Part shown: positions 11,515 to 21,232 of the stretch, in pieces | Position numbering within the stretch: the first letter of the stretch is position 1 | Layout: each line of letters starts with the position of its first letter | Assembly: GCA_965216635.1 (NCBI GenBank) | Contig: OZ244188.1 | Location: forward strand, 1,088,001-1,152,000 | Direction: 5' to 3' | Source: a bacterium | GTDB taxonomy: Bacteria > SAR324 > XYD2-FULL-50-16 > G965216635 | Length of the DNA: 64,000 bases | Program-made: the position numbers and the translations under genes | The notes under the pieces: model-generated | Database searches by the model: none | What the model saw: the letters and a program-made list of their open reading frames with translations, nothing else | What the model was told of the DNA's origin: nothing

Positions 11515-11960
11515 AAATAACCTCTGCAATGTTTAATTTCTCATTGAATTAGGTATTAATACGCCTTTTTGCTTTAAATTTCAAACTTATATATTGCAAA
11601 AGAGCCGCTGGTATAACCATTTGGCTCTTTTGCAGTTCGTTTTTGCTTAACGCTAAATTTTTACTCTTTTTGCTTTTCCGAAAGTAAAAAATACAATTTT
11701 TAGCAAAAAAAAAATTCTTTGTCAAGATTAAAAATATAATTTTTAGAAAATAACCTCTGCAATGTTTAATTTCTCATTGAATTAGGCATTAAAAATAAGG
11801 TAGCAGTGTCGCTTTTTTGCTTTAAATTTCAAACACATATTATTGCAAAAGAGCCGCTGGTATAACCATTTGGCTCTTTTGCAGTTCGTTTTTGCTTAAC
11901 GCTAAATTTTTACTCTTTTTGCTTTTCCGAAATTAAAAAATACCATTTTTAGCAAAAAAA
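11515..11960. repeat. About 230-bp direct duplication, each copy with a 12-bp-stem hairpin
   Basis: aaataacctctgcaatgtttaatttctcattgaattagg at ~11515 and ~11748; tgcaaaagagcc..ggctcttttgca at 11595-11634 and 11844-11883. Confidence 0.85.
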
Positions 11961-12131
11961 CTTCCTTGTCAGGTAGTTTTTCCTTAAAAAATTCCAATTT
12001 GCACTTCGTCTTTGCTGTGTGTTGAATTTTTATTTAATGGCGTAGAAAAAGTGCTTTTTCTATAGCCTGTATGGAAAGTAGTTGGTATAAGCTAGCCTTT
12101 TCCTTGATTTTAAGGATAAAACTAAACTAAT

Positions 12132-15100
12132 CTATTGATTGTTGGTTGTGCTGGTTATGGCAGTAATAGTGCCATTGTCAGTGGAAGATTCAACATTGAG
12201 GTTTAACATACCATTTCTAATAATAGCACCTGAATGATTGATAAAGGTATCCGCAGAAATATCTAAATTAGAATCATTGAGATCTATCAATCCGTAGTTA
12301 ACCAGTCTGTCAGTAGCTATAAAACTAGAATCCTCTGTAAGAGAAATATCTCCGCCATCATAAGTGCCTCCAGAAGCATAAAAACTATCTATTTCTGTAT
12401 TAAGGAAAAAAATATTTTTTGCAGTGATCTCGAAAGTATCTGCGGTAATATCTCCTCGGTTATAAAAATTATCTGCTGCTGTTATGTTGAAAGTATTTGC
12501 AGTAATATCTCCTCGGTTAGCAACATAAAAGCCTGTCGTATCGTCTGTTCTGGAGGAGTTATTATTTGCTGTAATATTCAAAGTTCCAGCAGTAATAGTA
12601 GCTATGTTTGTAACCTTGCCTCCAGCTGTGATATTTAAAGTATCTACGCTAATATCCCCGCCGCTTAAATTTCTAAAATAATCCGCTGCAATTATATCTA
12701 AGCTACCAGAAACAATGGATCCGTGGTTTTGAACTGTATTTCCAGCGGTAATTTCAAAAGAGTTATTAGCAATAATATCTCCGTGGTTGGCAAAGTTTCT
12801 TCCAGCATCAATATTCAAAGTAGAAGTTGTAATGCTTCCCTCTGAAAAAACATCGTTTGCTGCTGTGATAGTCAAATAGGTGGCGGTAATATTTCCTGGA
12901 TTATGAATGCTATCTGTATCAATAGTCAAAGCATTAGTAGTAATAGTTCCAGCATTACGAATAAGACCCTTTGCTGTAACATTAAAACTATCCGCGTTAA
13001 TCGTTGCGGAATTTTGATTGTAAAAGTCACTTCCTATTGTAGCATTAAAGCTATCTGCGTTAATCGTTGCTCTTTCATTGGAAAATCCACTTGCTGTAAC
13101 ATTAAAGCTATCAGCACTAATCGTTGCGAAACTTTGATTGTGAAACCAACTTCTTATTGTAGCATTAAAGCTATCTGTGTTAATCGTTGCGGATTTATTG
13201 TAAAAGTTACCTCCTATTGTAGCATTAAAACTATCAGCACTAATCGTTGCATTATCATTATTAAAGCTACCTCCTATTGTAGCATTAAAGCTACCTGCAC
13301 TAATCGTTGCTCTTTGATTGCTAAATTTTGTTTCAGTTGTGACATTGAAGCTATCAGCGTTAATCGTTGCACCGACTTTATTGAGAAAGTTATTTCCAGT
13401 TGTAACATTGAAGCTACCTGCGTTAATCGTTGCGGTGTAATTGGAAAAGTGAGTTCCAGTTGTAACATTGAAGCTACCTGCGTTAATCGTTGCGGTGTAA
13501 TTGGAAAAGTGAGTTCCAGTTGTGACCTTGAAGCTACCCGCGTTAATCGTTGCGGTGTTGTCATTGTAAAAGGCAGATCCTATTGTAGCATTAAAGCTAT
13601 CAGCACTAATCGTCGCATTATCATTATTAAAGCTACCTCCTATTGTAGCATTAAAGCTACCTGCATCAATTATTGCAGAAGTTAGATTGCTAAATTTTGT
13701 TCCAGCTGTGACATTGAAACTAACAGCATTAATCGTTGCGGAACTTTGATTGGAAAATCTATCTGCTATAACATTAAAGCTATTAGCAATAATATCTCCT
13801 TGGTTGGCAAAGTTCCTTCCAGCATCAATATTCAAAGTAGAAGTCGTAATGCTTCCCTCTGAAAAAACATCGTTTGCTGCTGTGATAGTCAAAGAAGTAT
13901 TAGCAGTAATATTTCCCGCATTATGAATGCTATCTGTATCAATAGTTAAGATATGAGTATCAATAGTTCCTTCATTGCGAATAAGAGCCTCTGCTGTAAT
14001 ATTGAAGATACCCGCGTTAATCGTTGTGTTATTCCAAAGGGAATTTCCAGCTGTAACATTAAAGTTATCAGCACTAAGGGAATTTCCAGTTGTAACATTA
14101 AAGCTATCAGCACTAATCGTTGCGGAACTGTCATTGAAAAAGTAACCTCCTATTGTAGCATTAAAGCTATCTGTGTTAATCGTTGCTCTTTGATTGGAAA
14201 ATCTATCTGCTGTAACATTAAAGCTATCTGTGTTAATCGTTGTGTAATTTTGATTGTAAAATCTATCTGCTGTAACATTAAAGCTATCTGCGTTAATCGT
14301 TGCTCTTTCATTATGAAATATATCTGTTATAACATTAAAGCTATCTGTGTTAATCGTTGCTCTTTGATTGTAAAAACTATTGAAATTGAATTGGGAACTT
14401 CCTATTGTAGCATTAAAGCTATCTGCGTTAATCGTTGCGACGTAATTGGAAAAGAGAAATCTAGCTGTGACATTAAAGCTACCTGCATTAATTGTTGCGT
14501 AATTTTGATTGTAAAATCTATCTGCTGTAACATTAAAGATATCTGCGTTAATCGTTGCATTATAATTATTAAAGCTATCTCTTATTGTAGCATTAAAGCT
14601 ACCTGCATCAATTATTGCAGAATCGTAATTGAGAAAGTCAGTTCCAGACAAGAAGAAGCTATCTGCGTTAATCGTTGCGGAATTTAGATTGCGAAAGTCG
14701 GTTCCAGTTGTGACATTCAAGTTATTTACGGTAAGGTCGGCTTGATTAGTAAAACCACCGTCTGTATCAATACCTAAATTATTGAAGGTTAAACCGCTAA
14801 AAGAGCTTCTGCTACGGGTAAAATCATTGGTGAGTATAAGGTTTAAAGTATCTGCTGCAACAGTTGCATTATTTACAAAATCACTATCAAAATCTGTCAC
14901 GGTAACCGTCAAGGCACCAGGCACAACAAGGTCAAAGTTATTTGTAAAAACACCTTCTGTAGAAACTCCTAAATTATTGAAAGTAAAGCCATTAAAAGAA
15001 TCGCTTGTATTGGTAAAATCATTAGCGAGTATAAGGTTTAAAGTATCTGCAGCAACAGTTGCACTATTGTTAATATCAGCAACAAAGTCCGTTACTTCAA

Positions 15101-18011
15101 TCGTCAAGGTATCAGTGCTAATTGTTCCGCCGTTGGTAAAACTTTCTGCTGTAACAAAAGCATTTCCTAAAACAGTAAGATTATCATTTGTAGCCAATAC
15201 AAAATCATTGACAGTTTCATAGTAAAAGTCACCTGCTGTGACATTAAAGCTATCTGCACTAATCGTTGCGGAACTTTGATTGCTAAATTTCGTTCCAGTT
15301 GTGACATTGAAGCTATCTGTACTAATCGTCGCGTAATTTTGATTGATAAAGTCACCTACAGCCGTAACATTAAAGCTATTTACGGTAAGATCGGCTTCAT
15401 TAATAAATCTGCCTTGTGTATCAACCCCTAAATTATTGAAAGTAAAGCCATTAAAAGAATCACTTGTATGGGTAAAATTATTGGTGAGTATAAAATTTAA
15501 AGTATCTGCTGAAACAGTTCCATTATTTTCAATATCAGCAACAAAGTCCGTTACTTCAATCGTCACATTATCTGCGTTAATTGTTGCGTAAATATGATTG
15601 CTAAAGCTACTAGCTATGACTTTGAAGCTATCCGCATCAATCGTTGCGTTGTAATTGGAAAAGTGAGTTCCAGTTGTAACATTGAAGCTATCCGCATCAA
15701 TCGTTGCGTTGTAATTGGAAAAGTGAGTTCCAGTTGTAACATTGAAGCTATCCGCATCAATCGTTGCGTTGTAATTGGAAAAGTGAGTTCCAGTTGTAAC
15801 ATTGAAGCTATCCGCATCAATCGTTGCGTTGTAATTGGAAAAGTGAGTTCCAGTTGTAACATTGAAGCTATCCGCGTCAATCGTTGCGTTGGTATTCCAA
15901 AAGGAATTTCCAGTTGTAACATTGAAGCTATCCGCGTTAATCGTTGCGGAACTGTCATTGAAAAAGTTAGTTCCAATTGTGACATTGAAAAAGTTAGTTC
16001 CAGTTGTGACATTGAAGCTATTAGCAATAATATCTCCGTGGTTGGTAAAGTTTCTTCCAGTCTCAATATCCAAAGTAGAAGTTGTAATGCTTCCCCCTGA
16101 AAAAACATCGTTTGCTGCTGTGATAGTCAAATAGGTATTAGCGGTAATATTTCCTGGATTATGAATGCTATCTGTATCAATAGTCAAAGCATTAGTAGTA
16201 ATAGTTCCAGCATTACGAATAAGACCCTTTGCCGTAACATTAAAACTATCCGCGTTAATCGTTGCGGAATTTTGATTGTAAAAGTCACTTCCTATTGTAG
16301 CATTAAAGCTATCTGCGTTAATCGTTGCTCTTTCATTGGAAAATCCACTTGCTGTAACATTAAAGCTATCAGCACTAATCGTTGCGAAACTTTGATTGGA
16401 AAACATATCTGCTGTAACATTAAAGCTATTAGCAATAATATCCCCGTGGTTGGCAAAGTTTCTTCCAGTCTCAATATCCAAAGTAGAAGTTGTAATGCTT
16501 CCCTCTGAAAAAACATCTTTTGTTGCTTTGATATTCAAAAAAGTATTAGCGGTAATATTTCCCGCATTATGAAAGCTTTTTCTGGATTCAATAGTTAAGG
16601 TATGAGTATCAATAGTTCCAGCATTGCGAATAAGACCCCCTGCTGTAACATTAAAACTACCTGCATTAATCGTTGCGGTGTTGCGATTGGAAAAACTATC
16701 TCTTATTGTAGCCTTAAAGCTACCTGCATTGATTGTTGCGTAATTATTGTGAAAGTCACCTTCTATTGTAGCATTAAAGCTATCAGCACTAATCGTTGAT
16801 TTATAATTAGAAAAGTAATCTGCCGTAACATTAAAACTATCCGCGTTAATCGTTGCGGAGTTGCGATTGGAAAAACCATCGGAATTGAATTGGGAACTTA
16901 TTATTGTAACATTAAAGCTACCCGCGTTAATCGTTGCGAAGTTGTCATTGTAAAAGGCAGCCCCTACTGTAGCATTAAAGCTATCAGCACTAATCGTTGC
17001 GTTATAATTATTAAAGCTACCTCCTATTGTAGCATTAAAGCTACCTGCATCAATTATTGAGAAACTTTGATTGCTAAATTTTGTTCCAGTGGTGACATTG
17101 AAGTTGTCTGCGTTAATCGTTGCGGAACTTTTATTGGTAAAGCCTTTTCTAGCCGTAACATTAAAGCTATCCGCGCTAATTGTTGCGTTATATCTGTTAC
17201 GAAAGTCGCCTCCTGCTGTGACAGTAAAATTACCCGCAATAATATTTCCACCATCGTATCCTATATCGTCTAATTTAAATCCATTGCGAAAATCATTCTC
17301 AACATCAAAAATAGCACTATCGGTAATAGTAAAATCTGCTTGATTATAGAAATTTACCGCTGAAAAGAAAAGATTACGGCTTTCAATAGAAGCAGTCTCT
17401 TCTAAACGAGCTTTTCCGCTCACTCGGATATTAAGATCACCAGAAATATCTATAGCCCCAGATTGAGTATAATTACCTGATATTAGGTTTAATTCATTTA
17501 GTACAGCATCGCCCAAAAATCCGTCTCCGCTCACAGTGAGCTGAGATGTCGTGCTTTTACTATAACCTATAAAATTTTCCCCAGAAACATTGGCTGTGCC
17601 TGTGACTAGGTCTACCTTGCTAGCATTGATAAAACCGCAACCATTACAGGTGATTCCATTAGGATTTGCTATAATTACTCCAGCTGTAGCGCCAAATATT
17701 TCTATTTTTCCGCCTAACTCACTAGCAGTGCTTCCTGTTACTTGGAATAGGATAAGTTCTGCTTCGCTACCTGCTGTAATATTGGGATTGGCGCTGACTG
17801 CTGTAGAGCCTAGCTGGGCTGTGCCTCCAGCTGCGCTATTGTTTAAAATAGCTCCATCTGCATTAACATCAAAATCGGCAACTTGATTGTTAGAAAGCCC
17901 GTTTGCATAGGGCGTTGCTATATCAATTGTTGCTTGAGCAAAAACAACATTGCTTTTAATAAAGGGGATACTCAGAGCAAAAAGCAACAAGAAAGGTAGT
18001 AATCTTTTCAT
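12132..18011 (-). CDS. Filamentous haemagglutinin-like TpsA exoprotein (1959 aa), copy B
   Basis: TPS domain; kb-scale blocks near-identical to 115..5385. Confidence 0.9.
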   Translation of the reverse strand: MKRLLPFLLLFALSIPFIKSNVVFAQATIDIATPYANGLSNNQVADFDVNADGAILNNSAAGGTAQLGSTAVSANPNITAGSEAELILFQVTGSTASELGGKIEIFGATAGVIIANPNGITCNGCGFINASKVDLVTGTANVSGENFIGYSKSTTSQLTVSGDGFLGDAVLNELNLISGNYTQSGAIDISGDLNIRVSGKARLEETASIESRNLFFSAVNFYNQADFTITDSAIFDVENDFRNGFKLDDIGYDGGNIIAGNFTVTAGGDFRNRYNATISADSFNVTARKGFTNKSSATINADNFNVTTGTKFSNQSFSIIDAGSFNATIGGSFNNYNATISADSFNATVGAAFYNDNFATINAGSFNVTIISSQFNSDGFSNRNSATINADSFNVTADYFSNYKSTISADSFNATIEGDFHNNYATINAGSFKATIRDSFSNRNTATINAGSFNVTAGGLIRNAGTIDTHTLTIESRKSFHNAGNITANTFLNIKATKDVFSEGSITTSTLDIETGRNFANHGDIIANSFNVTADMFSNQSFATISADSFNVTASGFSNERATINADSFNATIGSDFYNQNSATINADSFNVTAKGLIRNAGTITTNALTIDTDSIHNPGNITANTYLTITAANDVFSGGSITTSTLDIETGRNFTNHGDIIANSFNVTTGTNFFNVTIGTNFFNDSSATINADSFNVTTGNSFWNTNATIDADSFNVTTGTHFSNYNATIDADSFNVTTGTHFSNYNATIDADSFNVTTGTHFSNYNATIDADSFNVTTGTHFSNYNATIDADSFKVIASSFSNHIYATINADNVTIEVTDFVADIENNGTVSADTLNFILTNNFTHTSDSFNGFTFNNLGVDTQGRFINEADLTVNSFNVTAVGDFINQNYATISTDSFNVTTGTKFSNQSSATISADSFNVTAGDFYYETVNDFVLATNDNLTVLGNAFVTAESFTNGGTISTDTLTIEVTDFVADINNSATVAADTLNLILANDFTNTSDSFNGFTFNNLGVSTEGVFTNNFDLVVPGALTVTVTDFDSDFVNNATVAADTLNLILTNDFTRSRSSFSGLTFNNLGIDTDGGFTNQADLTVNNLNVTTGTDFRNLNSATINADSFFLSGTDFLNYDSAIIDAGSFNATIRDSFNNYNATINADIFNVTADRFYNQNYATINAGSFNVTARFLFSNYVATINADSFNATIGSSQFNFNSFYNQRATINTDSFNVITDIFHNERATINADSFNVTADRFYNQNYTTINTDSFNVTADRFSNQRATINTDSFNATIGGYFFNDSSATISADSFNVTTGNSLSADNFNVTAGNSLWNNTTINAGIFNITAEALIRNEGTIDTHILTIDTDSIHNAGNITANTSLTITAANDVFSEGSITTSTLNIDAGRNFANQGDIIANSFNVIADRFSNQSSATINAVSFNVTAGTKFSNLTSAIIDAGSFNATIGGSFNNDNATISADSFNATIGSAFYNDNTATINAGSFKVTTGTHFSNYTATINAGSFNVTTGTHFSNYTATINAGSFNVTTGNNFLNKVGATINADSFNVTTETKFSNQRATISAGSFNATIGGSFNNDNATISADSFNATIGGNFYNKSATINTDSFNATIRSWFHNQSFATISADSFNVTASGFSNERATINADSFNATIGSDFYNQNSATINADSFNVTAKGLIRNAGTITTNALTIDTDSIHNPGNITATYLTITAANDVFSEGSITTSTLNIDAGRNFANHGDIIANNSFEITAGNTVQNHGSIVSGSLDIIAADYFRNLSGGDISVDTLNITAGGKVTNIATITAGTLNITANNNSSRTDDTTGFYVANRGDITANTFNITAADNFYNRGDITADTFEITAKNIFFLNTEIDSFYASGGTYDGGDISLTEDSSFIATDRLVNYGLIDLNDSNLDISADTFINHSGAIIRNGMLNLNVESSTDNGTITAITSTTNNQ
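15622..15875. repeat. 60-bp in-frame tandem repeat (VTTGTHFSNYNATIDADSFN) x4
   Basis: Lines 15661, 15721 and 15781 are identical. Confidence 0.95.
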
Positions 18012-18048
18012 AGTTTTACGATTAGGAAGGATAAAACCAAACTAATCT

Positions 18049-20760
18049 CTATTGATTGTTGGTTATGGCAGTAATAGTGCCATTGTCAGTGGAAGATTCA
18101 ACATTGAGGTTTAATGTAGCAGCATCAATGGTAGCATCTTCTTGATTGATAAATGTCTCCGCTGTAATATCCAAACTAGAATCATTGAGATCTATCAATC
18201 CGTAGTTTTCTATTCTACCAGTTGCTGTAAAACTAGAATCCCCTGTAAGATAAACATCCCCACCATCATAAGTGCCTGTATAACTAGCTATTTCTGTATT
18301 AAGGAAAAAAATATTTTTTGCAGTGATCTCGAAAGTATCTGCGGTAATATCTCCTCGGTTATAAAAATTATCTGCTGCTGTTATGTTGAAAGTATTTGCC
18401 TGAACATCTCCTCGGTTAGCAACATAAAAGCCTGTCGTATCGTCTGTTCTGGAGGAGTCATTATTTGCTGTAATATTCAAAATTCTAGCAGTAATCGTAG
18501 CTATATTTGTAACCTTGCCTCCAGCTGTGATATTTAAAGTATCTACACTAATATCCCCGCCGCTTAAGTTTCTAAAATAATCCGCTGCAATTATATCTAA
18601 GCTACCAGAAACAATGGATCCGTGGTTTTCAACTGTATTTCCAGAGGTGATTTCAAAAGAGTTATCAGCAGTAATATCTCCGTGGTTGGCAAAGTTCCTT
18701 CCAGCATCAATATCCAAAGTAGAAGTTGTGATGCTTCCCCCTGAAAAAACATCGTTTGTTGCTGTGATAGTCAAATAGGTATTAGCGGTAATATTTCCTG
18801 GATTATGAATGCTATCTGTATCAATAGTCAAAGCATTAGTAGTAATAGTTCCAGCATTTTGAATAAGAGCCCCTGCTGTTATGTTGAAAGTATCTGCAAT
18901 AATCGTTGCGGCGTTGAAGTTGTAAAAAAGACCTTCTATTGTAACATTAAAGCTATCAGCACTAATCGTTGCGGAATTATTGTAAAAGCTACTTCCTATT
19001 GTAGCATTAAAGCTACCTGCACTAATCGTTGCTCTTTCATTGTAAAATCTATCTGCTGTAACATTAAAGTTATCAGCAGTAATATCTCCGAGGTTGACAA
19101 AGTCCCTTCCAGTATCAATATTCAAAGTAGAAGTTGTGATGCTTCCCTCTGAAAAAACATCGTTTGTTGCTGTGATAGTCAAAGAAGTATTAGCAGTAAT
19201 ATTTCCCGTCTGAATAATATCTGTATCAATAGTCAAAGCATTAGTAGTAATAGTTCCATAAATTTGAATAAGAACTGCTGTAACATTAAAGCTATCAGCA
19301 CTAATTGTTGAGTCATCCAAATTGAAAAATTTATCTGCTGTAGCATTAAAGCTATCTGCGCTAATCGTTGCGGAAATATAATTGTAAAATATATCTGCTG
19401 TAACATTAAAAATATCAGCGATAATCGTTGCGGAACTTTGATTGTAAAATCTATCTGCTGTAACATTAAAAATATCAGCGTTAATCATTGCGTGATTTTG
19501 ATTGATAAAGTCACCTACAGCCGTAACATTAAAAATATCAGCGTTAATCGTTGAGGAACTGTCATTGAAAAAGTTAGTTCCAGCTGTGACATTGAAGTTA
19601 TCTGCCTTAATCATTGCGTGATTTTGATTGATAAAGTCACCTACAGCCGTAACATTAAAGCTATTTACGGTAAGATCGGCTTCATTAATAAATCTGCCTT
19701 GTGTATCAACCCCTAAATTATTGAAGGTAAAACCATTAAGAGAAGTGCTTGTATTGGTAAAATCATTGGAGAGTATAAAATTTAAAGTATCTGTAGAAAC
19801 AGTTCCATTATTTTCAATATCAGCAGCAAAATCCGTTACTTCAATCGTTACATTATCTGCGTTAATCGTTGCGTTACTTATATTGATAAAGTCACCTGTA
19901 ACCGTAGCATTAAAGCTATCTGCATTAATTGTTGCGTTATATCTGTTACGAAAGTCACCTCCTGCTGTGACAGTAAAATTACCCGCAATAATATTTCCAC
20001 CTTCGTATTCTACATTGTTTAATTTAAATCCATTGCGAAAATCGTTCTCAATATCAAAAATAGCACTATCGGTAATAGTAAAATCTGCTTGATTATAGAA
20101 ATTTACCGCTGAAAAGAAAAGATTACGGCTTTCAATAGAAGCAGTCTCTTCTAAACGAGCTTTTCCGTATATTCGGATATTAAGATCACCCGCAACATTT
20201 ATAGCCCCAGATTGAGTGTAATTACCTGATATTAGGTTTAATTCATTTAGTCTAGCATCGCCTAAAAATCCGTCTCCGCTCACAGTGAGCTGAGATGTCG
20301 TGCTTTTACTATAACCTATAAAAATTTCTCCAGAAATATTGGCAGTGCCTGTAACTAGGTCTACCTTACTAGCATTGATAAAACCGCAACCACTACAGGT
20401 GATTCCATTAGGATTGGCTATAATTACTCCAACTTCACTACCAAATACTTCTATTTTTCCGCCTAACTGACTATTAGTGAGTCCTGTTACTTGGAATAGG
20501 ATAAGTTCTGCTTCTCTACCTGCTGTAATATTGGGATTGGCGCTGACTGCCGTAGAGCCTAGCTGGGCTGTGCCTCCAGCTGCACTATTGTTTAAAATAG
20601 TTCCATCTGCATTGACATCAAAATCGCTCACTTGGTTGTTAGAAATCCCGTTTGCATAGGGTGTTGCTATATCAATTGTTGCTTGAGCAAAAACAACATT
20701 GCTTTTAATAAAGGGGATACTCAAAACAAACAACAGTAACAAGGGTAGTAATCTTTTCAT
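18049..20760 (-). CDS. Short filamentous haemagglutinin-like TpsA exoprotein (903 aa), copy A
   Basis: Signal peptide, IIANPNGITCSGCGFINAS, same repeats and C-terminus. Confidence 0.9.
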   Translation of the reverse strand: MKRLLPLLLLFVLSIPFIKSNVVFAQATIDIATPYANGISNNQVSDFDVNADGTILNNSAAGGTAQLGSTAVSANPNITAGREAELILFQVTGLTNSQLGGKIEVFGSEVGVIIANPNGITCSGCGFINASKVDLVTGTANISGEIFIGYSKSTTSQLTVSGDGFLGDARLNELNLISGNYTQSGAINVAGDLNIRIYGKARLEETASIESRNLFFSAVNFYNQADFTITDSAIFDIENDFRNGFKLNNVEYEGGNIIAGNFTVTAGGDFRNRYNATINADSFNATVTGDFINISNATINADNVTIEVTDFAADIENNGTVSTDTLNFILSNDFTNTSTSLNGFTFNNLGVDTQGRFINEADLTVNSFNVTAVGDFINQNHAMIKADNFNVTAGTNFFNDSSSTINADIFNVTAVGDFINQNHAMINADIFNVTADRFYNQSSATIIADIFNVTADIFYNYISATISADSFNATADKFFNLDDSTISADSFNVTAVLIQIYGTITTNALTIDTDIIQTGNITANTSLTITATNDVFSEGSITTSTLNIDTGRDFVNLGDITADNFNVTADRFYNERATISAGSFNATIGSSFYNNSATISADSFNVTIEGLFYNFNAATIIADTFNITAGALIQNAGTITTNALTIDTDSIHNPGNITANTYLTITATNDVFSGGSITTSTLDIDAGRNFANHGDITADNSFEITSGNTVENHGSIVSGSLDIIAADYFRNLSGGDISVDTLNITAGGKVTNIATITARILNITANNDSSRTDDTTGFYVANRGDVQANTFNITAADNFYNRGDITADTFEITAKNIFFLNTEIASYTGTYDGGDVYLTGDSSFTATGRIENYGLIDLNDSSLDITAETFINQEDATIDAATLNLNVESSTDNGTITAITNNQ

Positions 20761-20995
20761 AGTTTTATAGTGGTTAATTTTTAATAATAAAAAAAAGTAA
20801 GTTTGTATAATTTAGCAAAAACTTACTTCTTTCAGATATGAAATATAGTTTTTAACAAAAAAAACTTCTTTCAGATATGAAATATAGTTTTTAGTAGAAA
20901 AATCATTTTTTGTCAATATTCTATGGGCTATTGGCAGCTTTTTTTCTGTAAAATTAGGAAAAATAGCTTTAAACTAGAAGTGACCTGATTTGGTC

Positions 20996-21073
20996 TTACT
21001 CAATCTGGGGTGGTTTTACTCAATCTGGGGTAGTTTTACTCAATCTGGGGTAGTTTTACTCAATCTGGGGTAG
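20996..21073. repeat. 20-bp tandem repeat ttactcaatctggggt(a/g)gtt x4
   Basis: Directly visible, 20-bp period. Confidence 0.95.
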
Positions 21074-21087
21074 CATTATGTGAAAAA

Positions 21088-21232
21088 ATGAAAAAATATA
21101 ATTTTGATGTTGATAATGAAAAAATATAATAATGAAAAAATATAATTTTGATGTTGGTAATGAAAAAATATAGTAATGAAAAAATATAGTAATGAAAAAA
21201 TATAATAATGAAAAAATATAATTTTGATGTTG
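21088..21232 (+). repeat. Seven tandem copies of the start of the downstream gene (atgaaaaaatata..)
   Basis: ATG at 21088, 21116, 21132, 21160, 21176, 21192 and 21208; 16- or 28-bp units. Confidence 0.9.

Noticed and set aside
877..20659. Many Cys/Ile-rich plus-strand ORFs and alternate-frame minus-strand ORFs over the adhesin genes
   Set aside because: Shadow frames of repetitive beta-helix coding sequence; they recur wherever the repeats do
115..20760. CDI/polymorphic toxin system or diversity-generating retroelement
   Set aside because: C-termini are conserved, with no VENN-type junction or immunity ORFs; no reverse transcriptase, and variation is modular rather than adenine-specific
20996..21073. 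Plasmid iterons or replication origin
   Set aside because: No rep or dnaA gene or DnaA-box cluster seen; context is chromosomal
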